A stretch of DNA of 60,738 nt, counting the filler, from Basidiobolus ranarum (Eukaryota): assembly GCA_040143965.1 (NCBI GenBank). It is 12 parts of 12 records of this genome, joined end to end, with 100 filler letters (N's around TTAATTAATTAA, not from the genome) between each part and the next. Parts side by side here need not be neighbours in the genome. Positions count along the whole stretch, not along the records: positions 50,729 to 55,685 come from JASJQH010008642.1; positions 55,786 to 60,738 come from JASJQH010008643.1; 10 more parts are not named here. The stretch is one strand, 5' to 3'. Numbering within the stretch: position 1 is the first letter of the stretch; each line of letters begins with the position of its first letter. Position numbers and translations under genes: made by a program. Shown here piece by piece: positions 50,860 through 60,738 of this stretch. A model generated the notes under the pieces. That model had not been told where the DNA came from and did not search any database. It saw only the letters and a list, made by a program, of their open reading frames with translations.

Positions 50860-53200
50860 TGCTTAGCAAGACACCATCCAGAGCCAATTCAAATGCATGA
50901 TCATATGTTTCTCAAAGAAACCTTGAATTTTGAGATTCTGGTAGTGATATCCATCAAGTTTATTGGTACTAACATCAGCTTTATGGTGAGTACTTTGGTA
51001 TTGGATCAATGATCTATATTTGGGTGATTTCATCAAAACTTTAAGGTGGAGAATCAACAGTATGTAAGCCAAATATGAACAATATTTACCTGAATCATGA
51101 CTGGTGGATCCAATCCTGATTAAATCAATTTTTCTGTTAGGGTATAAGAGTGTCACCAATATATACAGCAATATCAGATCTTAGAAAACAATCACCCATC
51201 TTAATCTCATTTAAAAATCATTCAAATTCCACATTCCCAGGCTCCAAGAAGCTATCTATAGGGACCAAGGATTTAGGTCCAGATATGATGGAGAGTATAA
51301 TGATATTATGACTCCTGTAAAATTCAGAAGTAGGAAGATCAAGTTATTTAAAGTTAGTGGCTAGCAGGCATTGCTAATGATCTGTTTGCTTAGTGAGAAA
51401 CCATCCAGAGCCAATGCGAATGCATGATCATATCCTTAACAAAAAAAATTGTATTTGCATTTCATACTAATTTCTTAAGGTTTTAAAATGGTATTATGCT
51501 GGTATGGTAGGAAACTTTTCATGGTTTCTCTACCAGTCTTTTCTTCCTCCCATCTTCTGATGCTATCAATACCCCTATATTTGTGTTTTCTCTGGTTTTC
51601 CTCTGGCAATCATTCACATATTCTTCATAGGGATATGTATTCTCAAAGAAACCTTTATTCTCACATATTCATCAATTATATTTTTAAAACTATGAGCTTT
51701 ATGGTGAGTACTTTGGTACCAGATCAACAATCTATACATGGGTGATTTCATCTAAGCTTCAAGATGTGTAATCAACTGTATATATATCAAATTGAAACAA
51801 TATTTACTGGATTCAGTGATTGCCAATTTTGTGCAAACAGAATGTGATATCAGGTTATTTAGCTCACTTATAAAATCTAACAACCAAATCCACAGAAAGG
51901 TATATTAATTACTGAAGAATTATAAGTCATATGATGACTGCTGCTTTCCACTTGTACCAGTTCTGTGGCAAGCAACAGTTGCCAATCAATCCTGGCAAAA
52001 GTGTAAGAAAACCAGTAAACACCTAGTTGCTTAGATTGGATTGAACTCTATACTCCTGTATAGTCAAAACTGCTTCCTTTACTATAAGTGTTTTGAGTGC
52101 ACTAATACTGGTCATAGCATAGAGTCCTTAACAAAACTTGCACTTCTACCTACCTGATTTGGATTGGATAACTAGGCTAACTCCTTGATATCTTGACTTT
52201 CTGCAATGTTACCAAAACTTGGAGGTTAAGCTCAGTGAATAGACTCAGTGAACAAAATCCAAGTCAATTATGGGCAAATATTACTATTGAGAATTACAGG
52301 CTATGTGTAGTGGGTGGTTTTGTATAGTGACTGTGCTTGTGATTATTATTTCTATGAAGCCTCTGGCTTTCCTAGCAGAAGCATTTGTGACAATAAAAGC
52401 AGGGCTTCTTTGAACATTTGAGTTATGATATCAGCATAATATTGTAGAAAAAGATCTTCTACTGCACAAGGGTGATATTTTAGGTTTAGCCCGTCAATAT
52501 CATAGTAACTCCATGGTATCTTGCCTTTCAGCAGTGTTACAAAAGGTTCGAGGCAAAGTACAGCCAGTGGACTCAGTGAGCAAAATTAAAGTCAATTTTG
52601 TGCACTATTACTGTTGATATTCACCAGGCTTTGTGCAGTTGGTGGCACTGTACAGTGACTGTGCTTGTGATTATTTTTTCCATGAAACCCCTGGCTTTCA
52701 TAGCTGAAGAAATTGTGACAATAATAGCAGGGCTTCTTCAAATGTTTGTGTTGCAGCATGTGAAGGAAATTGTAGAAAAAGAACACCTATATAAGGGTGG
52801 TATTTTAGGTATTGCACATCAATAGCATCAGCTGATTCTGAGATAGTATCACAGATGGGCCATCAGAAGATTCACAACATACTTTTAGTAATGGAAGGCA
52901 ATTTGGGTTTTTTATAAGTTTTCTAACCAACTTTATTACACCAAACTAACCAACTGAATATTTTAAGATCATTGAAAAAGCATTTAAATCTAAATTGCAA
53001 TTGTCCTTCAAGCAAAAGCCTGCAAACAGGAAAGGAAAAACACTAGCAAGAGCATAGGACTAGATTGGTGAGCAGTGTAGCAATCCAATATCCACTTTGG
53101 AAGGCATGAACATGCTTGGACTTAACTCAAGCAACAATGAATTATTAATCAATTTATCAGATGTGCTCCTTTCTAATGATAGTGGAAGCAAAGTGATTAC
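50860..53200 (-). repeat. Unclassified dispersed repeat family, copy 3, with internal duplications
   Basis: Homologous to copies 1 and 2. Tandem unit of about 330 bp at about 52177-52504 and 52505-52830. Confidence 0.75.
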
Positions 53201-54089
53201 AATCCCCCAATTTCATTGCAAATTACAAGTTAAGCTAATTTCAACAGAAACACCATCAAGACCATCATCCTTCAAAATGCCTACTTTGCCAACTGTTGAT
53301 TACTCTGGAGACAGTTTGGGTGAAATCATTACAACAAGGGAATGCCAGGCAGAACACCATAAATATATATATGCAATCATAAGTAAACACTGTGAAGTTT
53401 CTATACAGATCATGACAAGCAACAACAGAACAATATAGCAACAAATGCAACATTCTGAAGCAACCAGCAAATATTATAGAGTCATTCAACTATGATACAA
53501 GACTTTCAGAATGGTATATTTCAGCTACAGCTACCAGCTGCTCATGCTCTCCATTGTCATAGGGGGCTTCAATCTATCCCACACCATATATAGAAACTTT
53601 GCTATGACAATCAAATAGAACAGAATTTGGGTTGGACCGTTAAATCTACAAAAAAAAGAATGTGATTGTTAGAGCTGGTGTCACTCAGAGGATGACTGGT
53701 TTTACATTCTGGAACTGAGCAGGGTCTTGCCCAAAATCATCCAAAATTGAGCCAATTGTGGAGAAATAAAAAACCAGGAGTTGTTCATAATGTTGTTGAC
53801 TCATTTAGTGGGGCTTATCTAAGATATTTGCAAGTAAATGGCAATGGGGCCAGTATAGGCTTATTCATGAAACAACTCAAAAATGTATAGCATATCAACT
53901 TGGAAAAGAGAGATAAGCAGCTAACAATTTACTCAAGGAGCAGGAAGTTATTAAATCTAAGGTAAAGGCAAAGGAGCCAGTGAGCTCAGGCTCTCCTATT
54001 CCACTTACCAAATTCTGCATACTATTACAAAGATCAATATTTCCACAGTCAGATATACTGGCAGATATACAGGCTAAAAGGCTTAATTA

Positions 54090-55036
54090 TATTGGGAAAA
54101 TATGGGCTGTCTGAAAGAACTTTGAAAAGTGGAGTTGTGAATAGCTTTGCAAGATAATTATTTATTGTCCAGAAATAAGGCATTTATACATTTTTGTGGA
54201 AATACAGATAACCAACATTGGGTTGTGTTCAGAACATCTGTGTGAGTAAAATGAGCTATCTTTGGGGCAACTTGGACAAGTTTGAATTTTCCAATATGGA
54301 ATAGCTAATTTCCACATTATTCACATATATAAAATATATGTTCCAATTTTCAGTTGAGTCATATTTGACTAAGCAATGTTAACTACCTTATATGTGATAT
54401 ATGAAATAGGTAGGTGCATAAAGATAGAAAAAACAAATACGTTAAACACAATACACTTGAACACCCCCACTCAACTAAATATTTGTATATCTCACTCCTA
54501 ACTTCAATCTTAATTCTTCAAATTTTGACTTGGATAATGGTTTGGTAAGGATGTCAGCAAGCATGTCCTCAGTTGGACAGTACTTAAGTTGGCAGTGCTT
54601 ATTCTCAATAGCTTCCCTAACAAAGTGATGTTGAATGTTAATGTGCTTACTTCTAGTATGAAACTTGGGACTTTTAGCTAAAGAAATACAACTCTGATTA
54701 TCCTTGAAAATTTTGGAGGGTGAACTTTGAAAAATGCCCAAGTCATTGAACAGTTTCCTTAACCACATAGCCTCTTCTGTTGTATGTGAAGCTGCCATGT
54801 ATTCTGCTTCTGTTGTTGTAAGTGCTACAGTGGGTTGTTTCTTGCTATTCCAAGATATGGCTGCTTCACTATAAAGCAAGGCATATGCAGGGATAGATCT
54901 TCTGTCCTCAATATCACATCCCAAATCTGCATCACTAAACCTAATTAAATTGATACTCTCACCAGAATATATGTATCTTAATCCCAAATCAATTGTCCTC
55001 TTCAAATACCTGAAAATCCACTTAACTACTGCATAA
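54090..55036 (-). mobile_element. 3' part of a copia element: RNase H ORF (54475-55005), PPT and LTR family C (54090-54463)
   Basis: FSDAD...DRRS, KKQPTVALTTTEAEYMA, KHINIQHHFVRE and MLADILTKPL. PPT GTTGAGTGGGGG directly precedes TGTTCAAG. Confidence 0.93.
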
Positions 55037-55685
55037 TATTAAAGAATTTGGGTGCCTGTTGGAAGTGGTTTGGAGAATTAGAGGAATCGGTGGTTTTCAC
55101 TTATTGATTTATTAAGTAGAAAGTTGACATTTCTAGTTTTGTCAAGATGTAAACAAACTAACAGGTAGAATGTGTTAAGGAAGGTCCCAGGAACATGTAT
55201 GCAAAGTTTGGGGCTTATAGCACAAGTTTGAAAAAATCTATATATCCGAGAACTTCTGAGTTGGTAAAAATATTCTAAGTAAGTTCTAATTTGAAATAAT
55301 TGATAATATCTTAGTGAATCATAAGATAACTAATTACTAAGTTATATATGACTACATATGTGTTTGGGCAATGCTAATTTCAATACTCTCCCACAACTAA
55401 ATAGTCATTTAAACTAATCCTAATAGAGGTCTAAATTTCTCAAATTTATATCTAACTGACAATGTGGTTAATATATCAGCAATCATTTCTTCTGTAATTT
55501 TGAATAGCACTGTCATGTGGCAAATAGCTGACTCTTGTTACCATTCACAATGAGAATAAGCTGTTGGATTTTAGCCAATTTCTGTAAAGAATTCAGCTAA
55601 TATATTCCCAACTTGCAGTCAAAAAATGTCCTGCCACAAGTAGATGTGTCATTGCCTGAATAGATTACCCCATGGCTAAAACAAT
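55037..55685 (-). mobile_element. Nested copia 3' end: RNase H remnant, PPT and LTR family B (55037-55385)
   Basis: EEMIADILT...LLGLV*, PPT GTTGTGGGAGAG, and an LTR that interrupts the family C element. Confidence 0.85.
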
Positions 55686-57430
55686 NNNNNNNNNNNNNNN
55701 NNNNNNNNNNNNNNNNNNNNNNNNNNNNNTTAATTAATTAANNNNNNNNNNNNNNNNNNNNNNNNNNNNNNNNNNNNNNNNNNNNCATGGAGCCGCAGCA
55801 ATAGTGAGATTTATTTAAAATCAATGAGAATTATTATATTGTTCACTCTAAGCCTAGATGAACGATTCCAAGATCTTCGTAGCGTTTGGTCTACGTAAAA
55901 TTGATGCCGGCAACACGCATACTCGAAAATGAACAAGAAGATGCTGGCTAGGATATGTCATTATGTCATGCCCTACTCGCAACTCTTGGAATATTCATGA
56001 CATAGTTACTACCGCTCAACTCTTTTTCTTCGACAACTGCCACTCCCATTATTATATTGATATTTCCTTTTATGGAAAGAGAATTTTCGGATTACCTACC
56101 ACCTGGCTGATCTATACATTCTTGGTAAAACCTGCTCGGTGTCATTCTGAGAATGTTGGAATTTTGGACGGTAAAGTTTAGGGGTAAAATGAGCGAACGG
56201 TAGTATCTTCAATGCAATACCATTGATGGCATGGATTTGTTGATCGTTGGATACCGATCAATCTGGTAACATTGGTGTTGCCATGGTTGTATCAGGTCAG
56301 CCTCCCTTGCTCTCTGATGAAAGTAGTAAATGCATTGCAAATATGGCTTATACTAGCTATTTTAGAAGTGAAGATGATGAAAATAGCTTTAGAATACTCA
56401 ACGCAACTCTACGAACAGTTTACAAGAATGCTTTTGATTCCAGCAATTGTTGGAATATGAAACTTTATACAACTTGGAGTAAACTTAACTATATTTGCAC
56501 TTAATATTCCAAAGTCTCCTTATTTGTGCTCGAAGATTGCCTGACTGGTACTAGGTATATATATCTCTTTGTGGCTACAGTAATGATGTAAATTCAGAGC
56601 TTGTGTCTTCGGATGATTACTTCAAGCCAACAGTTGGCAAACAGATCAACTCCTAACTTCATGTACGACTAACTCTTACACAAGCTTATCAGTTGAGACA
56701 CCATTTGTAATGCAATATATTACTAGCATGATTACAAATCCAGTGTTAGTATAAATCCTTATCCACCAAACGCCAATGATTTGTACCCATATGTACAGGT
56801 AAAGAATAGGAGGTCTCACCCCATTGGGTGCCTCAAATAATCCCGTATAACTTGGTAATTGAAGATCATTGGTAATACCAAATTAATCCAAGAAAGCACT
56901 AGATTTGTTTGACATGCCTAAAGGCAACATAAGCCAACTAGTGTCTCCCAAAAGGTTCTCTTGAAGAAATAATATATACATATAATTACCAAATCATTAA
57001 AGGAATCCCAACACTGTACCGTTATTCAGATCACATGGTCATTGATGTTCTCACATTACTAGTGGCTTGCTAGTCCCATATAACCTTTGTAGTTACATGT
57101 GCCGAATTCACAGATCAATGCAACTTCCATAGGTACTAAATGATGTGAATATATGTGTAGCAACTGCGAGAAAAGGTTGAAAATTGATTTACTGGATAAA
57201 TTTCAAAATCAAAGCGGCCTCGTTTGTATATATAGAAACCCTCGAGAATTTGAAAGGAACGTTAGGAAAGTAGAAAAGAAAACTGGGCTTTTAAATGATA
57301 TAAACTCGTTAAAGCTAGTAATGGTATACGATACGATATAAAGGAAATTCAAATAAATAATATTCCTCAACTGGAAGTCACACTCCTTGCATACCTTGTA
57401 ACAGTGATGTGAAAATCCCTTATTTTTTTC

Positions 57431-58492
57431 TCATGCTGAAAAAAACATTAGATGCTCAAAATACCCATGGGTTTGTCGTAAGTGTCTCCGTAAAGTATCT
57501 GTTCTTGAGAACGCCAGAATACAATGTTTACATTGAAATGGTTTCTCACCAGTGTGAAGTCGTACATGGCGCTGTAGGTCGTGTTTACGCTTAAAGGGAC
57601 GCTCACAAAATTTACATATATTCACTTCAGCCTCAATCTCCTCTTTCTGCACCTCTGTTTTTTTTTTCTTTTGAGGTTTCTTACGATCGGCACGAAGACT
57701 TATAACTCTACCCGCAGTTGACTCTGCCCGACGACGAAAACGTCGACTAGGTTTTGTTGGCCGGAAAAAAGAGGTGTTACGAACATCGGATGGGCTCAAT
57801 GGCGGAGTAATACTAGCATTCAAGCCTACCTGATCCATAGGGATAAATGTGTCTAACTCAGTAGGTGTCAAATTACTGAGTGGAATGTGTTTGATGTATG
57901 AGGTAGCACTCAAATCAGAAGGATAACTCTGGTTCTTCAATATAGTTGCTTGCCCCAATTCGGTGGTTTCACTGCATAATTGACTTTGATCTCCGATACG
58001 CTCTAGACTTGAAGATATATGCATACTGTGACTATAACGTCGAGAAGGCATCATGGGAATATCCTCTATATTGTTAAATATCAAATTTTCACTGGCCAGT
58101 GAAGTGGTGTTCGATGCATATCTCCTTGTGTTCTCAGCTAAGTATCCAAGGATTAGTTCGCTCCCAGTCAATTCATCGAAATTAAATAATGGTAGAGACC
58201 ATGATTTCAGCTCTGTGGAATTGGGCAACGATAGAGGTGGCTGCTCCATAAATTCAGGCGATTGATCTTCATTCAAAATACACAATTGTTAGCGAATTTG
58301 GCTAGGAAATAGCGATTGTACACAAGATAAGATACCTATGCTGTGGTATATGTTGTCAATTAAAGCAATGTGTTGATTTGAGTTTGGTGGAATTACCAAG
58401 CCTTGGTTCATAGGATACAAGGTGGAAATCGAGGATACACTGGTTGAGGAGCCAAGGGCAGAATCATCATAAGTGGAAGGAATACTTTCCAT
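57431..58492 (-). CDS. C2H2 zinc-finger transcription factor; exons 58336-58492, 57431-58266
   Basis: CKFCERPFKRKHDLQRHVRLH-TGEKPF-QCKHCILAFSRTDTLRRHLRQTH. A 69-nt GT-AG intron with CTAAC joins the two ORFs in frame. Confidence 0.9.
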
Positions 58493-60612
58493 GACTTCCG
58501 TATATTTGATATGGATAGGCCCAAAGATGAGTTAACCCAGTTTGCCTTAATCAAACCAACAGTCGATCAAGATATTGTTCTACTGAAAAAGAAGTATTTT
58601 ACAATTATAGTAGAGGCTGCACCAACAAGAAAATAATTCACTCCAGACCAATGCTCATGTATCCAGGTGTTGAAGTCACGGAGGGCAGGCTGCTTATATG
58701 CCGTTAATGAAAAGCAATGGATCAATGCTAATTAAATTCCAGATTCCATGAATTCTCTTCTGTAGTGATTCACAGTAACATTTCCATGGCATCCACTCTG
58801 GTTAGGATGATTTTGACTGTTGTGTCACATCGTCATATTTCATTTGGTCGAGATTATCTTTTACATACACAGCCAATATTGCGTTAGACGATAACATGAA
58901 CGCTTTTGACAGATGTAGAGCTCGATACTGTCGCGGGAAAAGTAAATGACATCAACGTGCACCATCCAATCAAACTAAGAAAGGCACAGGTAAAAAGTAC
59001 TCCCGGATAGCAATAGACTTTGCTAAATCCAATAGTTCGACATAGCCTGGGGAGACAAAATGGGAATTTTGCCGACGTTAGTGTTTGTTTGCTAGTTAGC
59101 AAGCGTGACCGCTATATTTGGAATGAACATCATTTCAGAGCAAATACTCGATTGTCTTAAAGGTCTTTGGTTGTACGCGCCGATTAATCTCAAAGTACAA
59201 AACCTTGATAATCCATAAGGGTTGGTTTCTCCAGTAATACAAACAACTCATCAGAACCTATTGGTTAGTGATGGCTTAACAAATAGATGTTTGATTACAT
59301 GTGAGTATAAACCATCACTGGCAAAGAAATCGACTGAAGCCCATCGATATAGATAATGCATAAAGATATGAACTTCTTGCTCAACTGCTATTAAACTTGT
59401 TCTGACTAGAATAAACCTAAATCATCAGGAAATCATAACGCACCTGACAGTTGGTTTATCAATATGTGTTACTAATAGTATATCGATATGACTTATGCTA
59501 AAAACAAAAAAGTAGAAATTGTGCTCAGTATCTCTAGTATTGTATCCGACTCTCTCACTGTTCAAGGATACCTACAAGTATGGCTTTCAACATAAATCTA
59601 AGGATTTAACGTCAAGAGTTAAGGTTATCTCCTTCCCCCAAATATTTTTATCAGCTGTAGCTACCATTCAATAGGAGACTCTCTTCTTTTTATAAAAATA
59701 CCAATGGCATAAAGGTACATTTAAGAACTAGACGAGCTCTATGGCGTCCGTAGTTTGAATATGCTCCCTGTTTATGGAACTAAAATCCACTAGCACAGTA
59801 TTTGCAATACAATAGAATCGTACAATGCTAGCTATATCTCAATTAAGGACTAAGGCTCCAGATTTTTCATATTACGGTTGATTCCTTTGTCATTGGTAGT
59901 TCTATTTGGATATAGCTTACTAGCACCCATCACTTCACTCTGAATTAAACAATTATCAATATTAGTCTTGAAAGTCTTCAAAATTGTCATTAAGATACTA
60001 TTGCATTCTGGATATGTACAACATCCCTTCAAGCAGTTTCTTCAATTTGAACAAACATGTAAAAGAATGTAAACTATCTCTGACAGCCCGAAATTGGGGT
60101 CAATTGTTTTCTGATCAAATAATTGTTCCTAACATATCTGAGATCTATGAAGTCTACTTGGGCAACTGTAGCATGCATGAAGAACCTGAGAGCCTTTAGC
60201 TGGCAGGATGAATTATGAGAATTGTTGCATTTTTGGCTTGATAATGAAGAATATATATGCCTATCTTAATGTTAGCACTGCTTCCTGTCTTACAAGCTCA
60301 ATGAACTTATTATTTATCCAAAATTCCTAAATGGCAGGTAGAGCACCATATCTATCTCAAATAGATATCAGTATGCTCTAAGAGTATCCAAATTGGAATA
60401 TTTAGCTATCTTAATTTGCTTAAGAATACAATTCATAATGCATAATTCTGATCATAGTTCTGACATATACATACAAAAACAGAACTGACTTGGCAGCTCT
60501 GTATGATATTCCTCTTCATAGCAGTGAAAATACTCAAAAAAATCATGACAAAATTCATGCCATTTAAAAGGGAGTTATACAAGTAGATCAGCAGGAATAT
60601 ATTAGTAAATAC

Positions 60613-60738
60613 TGTTAAAGTATTTGGGAGCCTGTTGGAAGTGGTTTGGAGAATTAGAGGAATTGGTGGTTTTCACTGATTGATTTATTGAGTATTCAGT
60701 TGACATTTATAGTTTTGTCAAGATGTAAACAAACTAAC
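60613..60738 (-). repeat. Copia LTR family B, partial
   Basis: Matches 55037-55162 and 20118-20223. Confidence 0.85.

Overview
This is not one locus. It is twelve unrelated ~5 kb contigs (4985 down to 4953 bp, sorted by length) joined by 100-nt N44-TTAATTAATTAA-N44 spacers, so adjacency across spacers means nothing. The DNA is AT-rich and eukaryotic, with short GT-AG introns and CTAA branch points. The gene content points to a fungus, probably early-diverging (inference). Recognisable genes: GNAT acetyltransferase, ankyrin+DIL protein, MINPP-type histidine phosphatase, bacterial-type MgtA (P3B) ATPase, UNC93-like MFS protein, Bax-inhibitor-1/LFG protein, S1 serine protease, RPL37 divergent from EBP2, chitin synthase, a C2H2 factor, a small secreted beta/gamma-crystallin-like protein, and a spliced 90-aa conserved protein missed by the ORF track. 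Contigs 2, 4 and 11 are nests of decayed, CpG-depleted gypsy (chromovirus) and copia elements plus an unclassified repeat. The most unusual signal is at 1662-1922: a predicted four-way-junction RNA with a 12-bp closing stem and three homologous, covarying hairpin arms, lying between a TATA box and a possible splice donor.
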